Source: Geopsychrobacteraceae bacterium (GTDB lineage: Bacteria; Desulfobacterota; Desulfuromonadia; Desulfuromonadales; Geopsychrobacteraceae). From it: a stretch of 64,000 bases of DNA. The DNA lies in assembly GCA_963662315.1 (NCBI GenBank), contig OY759353.1, positions 384,001-448,000 of the forward strand. Direction: 5' to 3'. The stretch's first letter is position 1. Every line of letters starts with the position of its first letter. Below, piece after piece: positions 41,467 through 49,992 of the stretch. The position numbers were made by a program, and so were the translations under genes. The notes below the pieces were generated by a model. It made no database searches. It was not told the DNA's origin and saw only the letters and a list, made by a program, of their open reading frames with translations.

Positions 41467-42606
41467 ATGTCCAGTCAGGAAATTAGCATAGCTACTGCGG
41501 CCGATCTTCTTGCTTCCCTGAGACATCGGGATCCTCGTGTGCGGGCGGCCATTCTGCAGGCTTCGGCGCAACAGCCGGAAAAAGTACAGGATCTGGCCGC
41601 GCGAGAAGGTGTTGATCTTTTTGGTGAACTGTTCGCATTGCGTAAAGAAGCGACAGAAAGCCAATTGCGGCCATATTATGTCCAAGCTCTGTTAAGTATG
41701 AACGATATGCGAGCGGATGATCTGGCTACGGAAGAGTTTTTAACGACAGACAATAGTAATGTGATCCTGCTAACAGCCCGGAAACTGTCCGGGTTGCCAG
41801 CAGACGAGCGTATCGACCTGTTTGGCCCGGTCATTATGACCGCAGCAAATCAAACACGTACGCGAGCGGCGGCCAACCTTTTAGCAGACTGTCAAAACTT
41901 ACCGGTGCAGTTAGGCATCCGTGTTGCTGCGAGTAGTGATCACCAGGTGGATATCGCTCCTTTGTCACAGTCCACTTTAAAAGAGTGGGTCGCTGAGCTC
42001 CAGGGCCCATATCCACGGCGAACACGCCAGATTCTACTTGCTAAAGATGATGGATCCTTTGAGACGTTGGTAGAAAGCTGGCATCAGTTGCCATTGCAGA
42101 TCAAACAATGGGCACTTTCGGAAGTTGTTCAACAATATATGGATGCCAACAAAGCATGGCTGATCCGAAAAGTTCTGTGCGAAGAGAATGATAGTCAACT
42201 GTTGGTTGAAGCTATAAAAGCTTCAGTCGATGACCTGCCTGATAAAGATAGAATGACACTTTTGACAAAGTATTTGAACCATTCCCACCCTGATGTTCGC
42301 GCCGCTGCTGTTAGTTATGGGCAACTCGTTTTTGATGCCAAAGGTATGTATGAAGAAGAACCTGATCTTCGCGTAAAAGTTGCCCTCTTATCGTATTTGT
42401 CTCAGGAGATGATGGCAGAGAATATTGAGTTTATTGCATTGCAGTTAGGAGATAGTCACTGGAAAATTCGTTCTGCAGCATCGTTTGCATTAGCTAGCAT
42501 GGCCCCGGATTCGATGCCTGTCATTGTTGAGCTGTTAAACAGTGACGTCATGACAATAAAGGCCGGCGCGATTCAAGCGATGAAAAGGTTGAAGCCTGCT
42601 TATTGA
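41467..42606 (+). CDS. HEAT/PBS-lyase-like repeat protein
   Basis: Repeats LRHRDPRVRAA, LNHSHPDVRAAA, EPDLRVKVA, LGDSHWKIRSAA. Confidence 0.78.
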   Translation: MSSQEISIATAADLLASLRHRDPRVRAAILQASAQQPEKVQDLAAREGVDLFGELFALRKEATESQLRPYYVQALLSMNDMRADDLATEEFLTTDNSNVILLTARKLSGLPADERIDLFGPVIMTAANQTRTRAAANLLADCQNLPVQLGIRVAASSDHQVDIAPLSQSTLKEWVAELQGPYPRRTRQILLAKDDGSFETLVESWHQLPLQIKQWALSEVVQQYMDANKAWLIRKVLCEENDSQLLVEAIKASVDDLPDKDRMTLLTKYLNHSHPDVRAAAVSYGQLVFDAKGMYEEEPDLRVKVALLSYLSQEMMAENIEFIALQLGDSHWKIRSAASFALASMAPDSMPVIVELLNSDVMTIKAGAIQAMKRLKPAY

Positions 42607-42777
42607 TGGGGGGGCTATCCTGCCGCATTTTGGCTGGGATACAGTCTGATTGGGCTGCTGAGTAGTTACAAAATTTCTCTTACTAACCTGATCCTAAACT
42701 ATTCATCATACAGCGCTTACAAAACGCTGGCTATTCTCCGTGACTAATTAATTAATTTATATCCAAGGAGTTTAGTG

Positions 42778-43317
42778 ATGAAAAAAATTGTATTTCTGTG
42801 TCTCGTTGCTGTCATGTTTATCGCCGGCTGCAGTGGTATGTCCGCTAAGGAAGAATCTGTTACAAAGCAGATTCTATCAAAAGATGGTAACTTTTTTGTC
42901 TGGCAGCACTTGGGGCGTCATTATGTGCTGGGCAGTGAAATGAGCAACGCCAAGTTTGCTAAATCACCAAATATGCCCTATGCCAGAACCATACTTGGTG
43001 CAGGTCCCAATGGTGAGACGGTTGCTTTTGAAATTGTAAAAAAGGATGACGCTTATACAGAGCGCCTGATTGAAACCTATAATCACACGCCATTTCTTCT
43101 TGCCAGCAAGGGCGATAATTATTTTGTTTATAAGTACAATGGGCGTATTTATGTTATTGGCAGCGCGAAAACCAATCAAAAGTTTCAGGCAAATCCGCAC
43201 CTGCCTCTGACCAAAACTTTACTGGGAGCCGGACCTAACGGAGAGACCGTTATTTTTGAATTTGATAAGAACGATCCAAAAGCAACTGATCGTTTGATCA
43301 AGACCTATCAGGGTTGA
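42778..43317 (+). CDS. Lipoprotein made of two tandem ~70-aa domains, unknown function
   Basis: Lipobox IAGC; repeated GRxYVxGS...LGAGPNGETVxFE...RLIxTY. Confidence 0.8.
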   Translation: MKKIVFLCLVAVMFIAGCSGMSAKEESVTKQILSKDGNFFVWQHLGRHYVLGSEMSNAKFAKSPNMPYARTILGAGPNGETVAFEIVKKDDAYTERLIETYNHTPFLLASKGDNYFVYKYNGRIYVIGSAKTNQKFQANPHLPLTKTLLGAGPNGETVIFEFDKNDPKATDRLIKTYQG

Positions 43318-43368
43318 TTAACCTTTTTTATATCAGGTTGAAGATAATTATTCGAAAGTTAATACTTT

Positions 43369-43402
43369 AGGCCGGTATCACGTCATGATACCGGCCTGTT
43401 TT
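43369..43402. terminator. Terminator between convergent genes
   Basis: AGGCCGGTATCA-CGTCA-TGATACCGGCCT-GTTTT. Confidence 0.75.
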
Positions 43403-43422
43403 AATTCATTGGCAAGATAGTG

Positions 43423-44940
43423 TTAGCTGGAGCAGGCCAGCCATGAACTGTCTTCTGTAAGATGTTCAATATAGGATTCATTATTCTGATGGGAAAAGTG
43501 TCCGAATAATGCAGAAATTTCCTGCTCAATATGGGTGATGGAACTTTTAATCAAGCCGCTATTGAAGTTTTCGTTTCCGAGTTTTATGACCAGGTTCATG
43601 GCTGAAATTCGACTGAAAATCTGACCCAGTTCACTCAATTTACGTTGTGGTAACTGAGGCTGTAAGGCAAAATTGGTAAACTTCTTCAAGCGGTCGGCAG
43701 CAAGTGACGTCAGGTCAAGGTCGGAGAGCAGGTTGTACAGATTGCTGTCTTTGGCCCTTTGAATGTGTTTCTGGATAGCTTCCCCAATCTGAATGTAAAG
43801 GATGTCGTTGGACCCTTCAAAAATCTGAAACGGTCTGCTGTCGACGATGGCACGCCCGGCGATATGATTGAGTCGATAACCCTGGGCGCCCACCAGTTGG
43901 AGTAGGGATTGCGCCGTATTCTGCATCAAATCCGTCAGATAGGTCTTGACGGAGTTTGCTTCCAGGCCGATAGAAGCGAGATCATTGCTCAGATCCGCTT
44001 TTTTGCTGCTGTTCAGGCACATGGCATTGGCTACAGTATAGGCTGCTTGCAAAGCAGACAGGCGCTGCTGGACCTGATCATAGTTGAATAAGCTGCGACC
44101 GCTGACATATCTGTTGCGGCAGTGACTGACGGCTTCATCAAGCATACGGTGAATAAAGCCCATTCCCATGCCGGGAAACTGCATGCGGCTGCGATGCAGC
44201 AGATCGAGCATCATTTTGATGCCACTACTGTGGGGCACGAGTTTCTGAACCTTAGGGATCTGGACATTAATGCGGTTGCGGCCGTAGGGGAGCAGATAGA
44301 TGCCCAGATTTTCATAAAACTCTTCAACAACGATCTGCTGATTCGGGGCAGATACATCACAAATGAAGAAGTCGATATCACGGCCAAGTTCACCGGTTTC
44401 GTTCTGTTTGCGGGCAGTAAGCAGCCAATAATCGGCCCAGCCGGTCAGTCCCGCCCAGTGCTTGGTCCCTTGCAGGTGGTAACTTTCCTCATCTTCGGTA
44501 TAGGCAGTTTTCATATGCAGTGCGTCACTGCCATGGCCAGGTTCGGTAATCATCAGTCCACCCATTTTCTGCTGGTGAATAAAATCATCAAGAACAGGTT
44601 TCTTGGCAATTTCCTGTGCATATTTTATAACTGGTTGCAGAAACAGAGCCCAGTTGATTCCGAAACCGAGTGACAGCGGCAGGGATTCATAACTCGCTGC
44701 CGCAGTTATCGCCAATCCTTCACTGATATAACCACCACGTCCGCCATATTCTTTTGGGATATAGGTCGCCAGGGGGTTGCAGGACATGATCTCGCGTAGC
44801 ACAAACGGTGGCATGCCGCGCTTGATACTGAGCTCATTCAGATCGGTTCGTTGGTGAAAGAGCTGATGTAGTTTGTGTTTGAAGGATTCAAGGTATTCCG
44901 AAAATGGTTGTATTACAGTGTTTGCAGATGTCAAAGACAC
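43423..44940 (-). CDS. Acyl-CoA dehydrogenase family protein
   Basis: IPKEYGGRGG, LMITEPGHGSDA, GTKHW, GAQGY, QIFEGSNDI; GTG start at 44940 after AAGGAG. Confidence 0.88.
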   Translation of the reverse strand: MSLTSANTVIQPFSEYLESFKHKLHQLFHQRTDLNELSIKRGMPPFVLREIMSCNPLATYIPKEYGGRGGYISEGLAITAAASYESLPLSLGFGINWALFLQPVIKYAQEIAKKPVLDDFIHQQKMGGLMITEPGHGSDALHMKTAYTEDEESYHLQGTKHWAGLTGWADYWLLTARKQNETGELGRDIDFFICDVSAPNQQIVVEEFYENLGIYLLPYGRNRINVQIPKVQKLVPHSSGIKMMLDLLHRSRMQFPGMGMGFIHRMLDEAVSHCRNRYVSGRSLFNYDQVQQRLSALQAAYTVANAMCLNSSKKADLSNDLASIGLEANSVKTYLTDLMQNTAQSLLQLVGAQGYRLNHIAGRAIVDSRPFQIFEGSNDILYIQIGEAIQKHIQRAKDSNLYNLLSDLDLTSLAADRLKKFTNFALQPQLPQRKLSELGQIFSRISAMNLVIKLGNENFNSGLIKSSITHIEQEISALFGHFSHQNNESYIEHLTEDSSWLACSS

Positions 44941-45024
44941 GTCAGGGCTCCTTTGCTCCAGGCAGTCCAATAAATAGTGCATATTAAATAGTTACAGATT
45001 CCGGGTTAATTGCAATCGTGAATG

Positions 45025-45059
45025 CAAAAAAGCTCCGAATGTGGGTCGGAGCTTTTTTG
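45025..45059. terminator. Symmetric (bidirectional) intrinsic terminator
   Basis: CAAAAAAGCTCCGA-N7-TCGGAGCTTTTTTG. Confidence 0.82.
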
Positions 45060-45108
45060 TCCTATCAGATGGATGATTGTGAAAGTTAGTAATAAGATAG
45101 TTCTCACT

Positions 45109-45156
45109 TTATACCATAGTTGACAGTATGTGCTGCGGTGGCTCAGAAACGTTCAT
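45109..45156 (-). CDS. Candidate small peptide MNVSEPPQHILSTMV (or sRNA)
   Basis: SD AAGGAGGG 4 nt before ATG; upstream TTGCAA-N18-TATATA with TG extension; downstream terminator. Confidence 0.35.
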   Translation of the reverse strand: MNVSEPPQHILSTMV

Positions 45157-45305
45157 GTTTCCCTCCTTTGCTAGCAGTTAAAATATATATATCACCATAA
45201 TGGTAAGGTTTGCAAGTGGGGTGGTAAAAAAGAAAATGGATTTCATTCTAATCAGGGATGAAAGGTATGAAGGCTGGATTAAATGCAGGGGAGGGGACGT
45301 CCAAT

Positions 45306-45338
45306 AAAAAACCGCCCTGCAATGAAGAGCAGGGCGGT
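45306..45338 (-). terminator. Intrinsic terminator of ilvC
   Basis: ACCGCCCTGC/GCAGGGCGGT stem with a U-run on the minus strand. Confidence 0.8.
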
Positions 45339-45361
45339 CAAATGTAAAAAAATATAGTGGT

Positions 45362-46831
45362 TTAGATGGCTTTCATGCCCTGCATGGAGGCACGAAGAAC
45401 CTGACCGACTTCTTCAACAAGGTGTTCACGGATCTCAGCATTGATAGCAACCAGCGTCTGGTTGTCAACACCTGTGTCGGACAGTTCAAGTCCTTTACCG
45501 ATGAGTGTTGTATCAATTTTACTCATGAAGTCCTGCAGCAGTGGCAGGCAGGCATGGTTGAAAAGGTAACAACCGTACTCAGCGGTATCTGAAATAACGC
45601 GGTTCATTTCGTAGAGTTTTTTACGTGCGATGGTGTTGGCAATGAGCGGAGTTTCGTGAAGAGACTCATAGTAAGCAGATTCTGGCTCAATACCTGCTTC
45701 AACCATGGTCTCAAAAGCCAGCTCGACGCCAGCTTTAACCATGGCAACCATCAGGATTCCTTTATCGAAGAATTCCTGTTCGCTGATGTCACCTTTGGAG
45801 TCAGCCTTTTCGAAAGCGGTTTCAGCCGTTTCTTTACGCCAGGTCAGCAATTTGATGTCGTCATTGGCCCAGTCAGCCATCATTGTACTGGAGAATTCAC
45901 CGGACAGGATGTCGTCCATGTGTTTTTCAAACAGAGGCTGCATAATGTCTTTCAACTCTTCGGCCAGGTCGAAAGCAACAAGTTTGGCAGGGTTGGAAAG
46001 ACGGTCCATCATGTTGGTGATACCACCTTGTTTAAGCGCTTCGGTGATGGTTTCCCACCCTTGCTGAACCAGTTTTGATGCCCAACTGGGGTCAATACCG
46101 TCAGCGACCATTTTATCAAAGCAGAGCAAAGAACCGGTTTGGAGCATGCCGCACAGAATGGTTTGCTCACCCATCAGGTCGGATTTCACTTCCGCGATGA
46201 AGGAGGACTCAAGAACCCCGGCACGATCGCCACCCTGAGCTGAACAGAGCGCTTTAGCAATCTCAAGGCCGTCGCCGTTAGGATCGTTTTCGCCGTGCAC
46301 AGCGATCAGGGTCGGAACGCCGAAACCACGCTTGTATTCTTCGCGAACTTCGGTACCCGGACATTTAGGTGCAACCATGATGACAGTCAGGTCTTCGCGA
46401 ATGACGGTCCCTTCTTCAACAATGTTGAAGCCGTGAGCGTAGGAAAACGTTGCTCCTTGCTTCATGAGCGGTACAACCGTCTCAACAACATTCGTATGTT
46501 GCTTGTCGGGAGCCAGGTTCATAACGATGTCGGCGGTAGGCAGCATTTCTGCGTAGGTGCCAACTTTAAAACCGTTATCTGTTGCATTGATATATGATTG
46601 ACGCTTCTCAGCGATAGCGGCTTCACGCAGGGCATAGGAGACATCCAGCCCGCTGTCACGCATGTTGAGACCCTGGTTCAGGCCCTGGGCACCACAACCA
46701 ACGATGACGATTTTTTTCCCTTTAACGTATTCGCAACCGTTGGCAAACTCAGAGGCTTCCATGAAACGGCAGGTAGCAAGTTCCTGAACCTGACGGCGGA
46801 AGGGGAGGGAATTGAAATAATTTTGGCCCAT
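45362..46831 (-). CDS. ilvC: Ketol-acid reductoisomerase, long (class II) form
   Basis: [43 protein letters not shown]; 489 aa with duplicated C-domain. Confidence 0.96.
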   Translation of the reverse strand: MGQNYFNSLPFRRQVQELATCRFMEASEFANGCEYVKGKKIVIVGCGAQGLNQGLNMRDSGLDVSYALREAAIAEKRQSYINATDNGFKVGTYAEMLPTADIVMNLAPDKQHTNVVETVVPLMKQGATFSYAHGFNIVEEGTVIREDLTVIMVAPKCPGTEVREEYKRGFGVPTLIAVHGENDPNGDGLEIAKALCSAQGGDRAGVLESSFIAEVKSDLMGEQTILCGMLQTGSLLCFDKMVADGIDPSWASKLVQQGWETITEALKQGGITNMMDRLSNPAKLVAFDLAEELKDIMQPLFEKHMDDILSGEFSSTMMADWANDDIKLLTWRKETAETAFEKADSKGDISEQEFFDKGILMVAMVKAGVELAFETMVEAGIEPESAYYESLHETPLIANTIARKKLYEMNRVISDTAEYGCYLFNHACLPLLQDFMSKIDTTLIGKGLELSDTGVDNQTLVAINAEIREHLVEEVGQVLRASMQGMKAI

Positions 46832-46937
46832 CTGCTTTCTCCTTTGAAATAATTTTGAATAACTCTTTAGTTTTTAATGACAAACTAGCTGATTTAGAGT
46901 CGAAAAATTGTGTCTGAGTAATCTATCCTGTATTGTT

Positions 46938-46986
46938 TGTTGCGTAAATTGATTTATTGTGTAAATAGTGTTGCGTAAAGTGAAAT
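46938..46986. promoter_or_regulatory. Tandem putative IlvY operators in the ilvC-ilvY divergent promoter
   Basis: TGTTGCGTAAA at 46938 and 46969 (31-bp spacing). Confidence 0.6.
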
Positions 46987-47005
46987 AATAGGGGGTGTTG
47001 CATAT

Positions 47006-47896
47006 ATGGATATTCGTGAATTGGAAGTGTTTTTGGTTGTTGCTGATCAGCTTCATTTCGGTCGCGCCAGTCACATGTGTAATCTCAGTCCATCTGCCTT
47101 AACCCGCACGATTCAACGCCTTGAAGAGCAGATTGGCCAAGAACTGTTTATGCGTGATAATCGTACGGTCCTGCTTTCCCCGGCCGGAAAACGCTTTTTA
47201 ATCTATGCCCGCCAGGCAGTACAGGACTACACTAGCTTTCAGAATTCACTGAATGGCATTCAGCAGGTTGCAGGAGCCTTATCCCTTTATGCATCGATTA
47301 CTGCCGTTTACAGCATTTTACCCACGCTCATGGAAGCTTATCGTGCCACTTATCCGGAGGTTCAGCTTGACTTAAGGACCGGTGCGGCTGAAAAGGCCGT
47401 AGCGCAGGTTGAAGCTGGGGAGATAGATATAGCTGTTGCGGCACTGCCAGATCGCCACAGCTCTGGGATTGTGTTTCAACCGATTATGACAACCCCCCTG
47501 GTGTTCATTGCGACACATTCTTTTGCCGATCAATTATTGCAGAATGATGTCACGCTGGATTTGCGTTCTTTGCCGCTGGTCTTGCCGGAATCCGGTCTGT
47601 CTCGGCGGAGACTCGATCAATGGCTCAAGAAAAATCGGGTCACACCGAATATCAGTGCTGAGGTCTCAGGAAACGAGGCAATTATTCCGATGGTTCATTT
47701 AGGTGTTGGGGTCGGGATTGTTCCACAGCTGGTCTTGGAACGCAGCCCGTTTCGTGATGATGTACGGGTGCTGCCACAAGGCCCATCCCTGGAACCATAT
47801 ATTGTCGGCTTGTGTTCAAGTCGAAAAAATCTACAGAAGCCGGTAGTGCAAGCATTCTGGCAGTTGGCGGAGGAACAGTCAGGGAAAAACGGATAG
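47006..47896 (+). CDS. ilvY: LysR family activator IlvY
   Basis: LHFGRAS..CNLSPSALTRTIQRLE, ASITAVYSILP, VSGNEAI; divergent from ilvC. Confidence 0.9.
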   Translation: MDIRELEVFLVVADQLHFGRASHMCNLSPSALTRTIQRLEEQIGQELFMRDNRTVLLSPAGKRFLIYARQAVQDYTSFQNSLNGIQQVAGALSLYASITAVYSILPTLMEAYRATYPEVQLDLRTGAAEKAVAQVEAGEIDIAVAALPDRHSSGIVFQPIMTTPLVFIATHSFADQLLQNDVTLDLRSLPLVLPESGLSRRRLDQWLKKNRVTPNISAEVSGNEAIIPMVHLGVGVGIVPQLVLERSPFRDDVRVLPQGPSLEPYIVGLCSSRKNLQKPVVQAFWQLAEEQSGKNG

Positions 47897-47924
47897 CGGG
47901 CGGCAGGCATAACCTGCTCATTAA

Positions 47925-48149
47925 TCAACGCGCCCGAATAATATCCAGAATTATCTCTTCACCAGGAAACTGTCCTGTCGCTTTTTTTGAATAAATCAGT
48001 TCCCCGTCAATAACAACCTCGAAAACACCACCACTGGAGGGAATCCTTTCAACTTCAAGGTAGAACTCTTTCTCAATTTTAGCCGCCAGACTGGCAGCAC
48101 GCGGGCGGTAGCCTCACTGATTACAAAATTCAATACTGATATTCATCAT
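47925..48149 (-). CDS. SelW/SelT/SelH (Rdx family) selenoprotein, 74 aa, Sec at codon 12
   Basis: SD AGGAG; MMNISIEFCNQ-TGA(48116-48114)-GYRPRAASLA...SGGVFEV.IDGELIYSKKATGQFP; CxxU motif; SECIS-like hairpin at 48082-48098. Confidence 0.9.
48082..48098 (-). promoter_or_regulatory. Putative bacterial SECIS hairpin
   Basis: GCUGCCA-GUC-UGGCGGC starting at +16 after the in-frame UGA, G in the apical loop. Confidence 0.65.
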
Positions 48150-48160
48150 GCTTCTCCTGT

Positions 48161-48829
48161 CTAAAAAAGGCTTCCCGTGACACCTTCCTGACTGATTCTG
48201 CTTTTTTCTGCCAGTTTAGCGAGCTCCGCAGTCGCATCGTCTTTGTTGATTTTGGCAATTTTCTTCATGGTCTCAAAAGTAACATCCTCAAAGCCAAAAT
48301 GTTGCTTCAGGTCATCAACCAAGTGTGTCCAGAGCTTGGCCGTCACTTCTGCATCTGCCAGAGCACGATGGAACTGACCGTTTTGAGGTATCTGTTTGTA
48401 CTTGACCAGTGTTTCAAGCTTGTAGTTGATGACGTCAGGATAAATGCGTCTGGCCAGCTGTAATGTACAACCAAAGTTTAACGGGCGTTTTTTGTCAATC
48501 AGATTCAGTTCCGATTCCAGAAATTTCATATCGAATGAAGCATTATGTGCTACAAGCGGATGACTGCTGATAAAGCGGGCAAAGTCTTCCATGACTTTCT
48601 CTGCGGGGGGGGCATCCTGCAGCATCAGATTGGTAATACCGGTGATGCTTTCTATTTCTTTAGTAACTAAAAAGCCTGGGTTGATAAGACTTTGAAAGCG
48701 TTCTTCAATTTTATTGTCGACAAGCTTTACAGCACCAACCTCAATGGCACGATCGCCACGGTCCGGGTACATGCCAGTTGTTTCAAAGTCAAGGATGATG
48801 ATGGTTTCATGAGAGTTGAATAGATCCAC
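48161..48829 (-). CDS. DEDDh 3'-5' exonuclease (DnaQ-like)
   Basis: LDFETTG, VAHNASFD, HRALADA. Confidence 0.9.
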   Translation of the reverse strand: MDLFNSHETIIILDFETTGMYPDRGDRAIEVGAVKLVDNKIEERFQSLINPGFLVTKEIESITGITNLMLQDAPPAEKVMEDFARFISSHPLVAHNASFDMKFLESELNLIDKKRPLNFGCTLQLARRIYPDVINYKLETLVKYKQIPQNGQFHRALADAEVTAKLWTHLVDDLKQHFGFEDVTFETMKKIAKINKDDATAELAKLAEKSRISQEGVTGSLF

Positions 48830-48956
48830 AAGAATAATCCCTTAAATATTGAAATGTAAGTTGATATTTCCTCTATTCTCTCTGTGTTTCGTATTTTTAG
48901 TCAAGAGTTGTTGGGGGGGGGATTGCTGAGTGTATTTTTAAATGTAGTCAATGTAA

Positions 48957-48990
48957 TGTAAATGTATCTGAAATGTCGACTATGTTTACA
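48957..48990. promoter_or_regulatory. Putative enhancer (sigma54 activator, PrsR-type) site
   Basis: TGT-N11-ACA (48974-48990) ending TTTACA, with an inverted TGTAAA at 48957; upstream of a PEP-CTERM gene. Confidence 0.6.
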
Positions 48991-49051
48991 TTTGGCAGAC
49001 AAATTCTTGAAGAGAAAACTTAAATAATTGATGTTTAAAGCTAAATTTTAG

Positions 49052-49068
49052 TTGGCATTTTTGTTGCA
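49052..49068 (+). promoter_or_regulatory. Sigma54 (-24/-12) promoter
   Basis: TTGGCAT-TTTTG-TTGCA with canonical GG-N10-GC spacing. Confidence 0.8.
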
Positions 49069-49127
49069 TTGTTGTGTGTCCAGGATGTCACTGATAACCG
49101 AAATTTATTCAGTCTTAGGAGGTAAAA

Positions 49128-49877
49128 ATGAAAAAATTATTAGTGAGTATGTTTGTTGGTCTTATGTTGGCGTTTGGTCTGAGTGCCCAGGCGTTTGCAA
49201 TTTCAGCTGATGTTGTTTTTATTGTTGACGAGTCCGGAAGTATGGGGACTGTTCAAACAAATTTGCGTAACAATATTGGTGCATTTGCAAATATTTTAAG
49301 CTCAGGCGGAGTTGATGCTCAATATGCTTTAGTTGGATATGGTGGTAGTTATTCTAATCCTTATTACGGTGGCCCGAGGTTGTTGACTGATTTCACGGAT
49401 GAAGCAACTTTTGCTACTGATGCTCAATCTTTAATGGCAAATGGTGGTACTGAACCTGGCTACGACGCTATCGGTTTTTCTTTGACAAATACGGGGCTGA
49501 CCTATAGAACCGGTGCAGTCAAAAATCTGATTATATTGACAGATGAACCCTCAAATGGTGATAATTTTTATACAAAAGCCCAGGTTGATGCATTATTGAC
49601 CCAGTCCAAAGCTTTGTTGAATGGAGTTCTGGCAAGCTATTGGGGCGCTATCCCTTCTTATGAGAGTCTTATTACCGGTCATGGGGGTACAGTTTTTGAT
49701 TTAGATCTTTTCAATACGACTGATCAGAGTGTTATAGATACATTCGTGACAGACTTTGCAAATCGTAAACTCCAAGAGATTATTGACGCAGGTACCGTTC
49801 CTGAGCCATCTACCTTCGTTTTACTTGGACTGGGTTTGGTTGGTGCTGCTGTTGCGCGAAAGAAATTTAAAGCATAG
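49128..49877 (+). CDS. PEP-CTERM sorted surface protein with VWA domain
   Basis: Signal peptide; MIDAS DESGS, ILTDE; C-terminus VPEPSTFVLLGLGLVGAAVARKK. Confidence 0.92.
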   Translation: MKKLLVSMFVGLMLAFGLSAQAFAISADVVFIVDESGSMGTVQTNLRNNIGAFANILSSGGVDAQYALVGYGGSYSNPYYGGPRLLTDFTDEATFATDAQSLMANGGTEPGYDAIGFSLTNTGLTYRTGAVKNLIILTDEPSNGDNFYTKAQVDALLTQSKALLNGVLASYWGAIPSYESLITGHGGTVFDLDLFNTTDQSVIDTFVTDFANRKLQEIIDAGTVPEPSTFVLLGLGLVGAAVARKKFKA

Positions 49878-49904
49878 TTTACTGGATAGTAAATAATGTT
49901 GTAG

Positions 49905-49938
49905 AAAGGGAGGTAATTTTTTACCTCCCTTTTTTTTT
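49905..49938 (+). terminator. Intrinsic terminator
   Basis: AAAGGGAGGTAA-TTTT-TTACCTCCCTTTTTTTTT. Confidence 0.88.
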
Positions 49939-49992
49939 GACAGTAATCTTGCTAAATAAGGGTTTTCTTTTTGGTGATGGGTCTTTCATATC

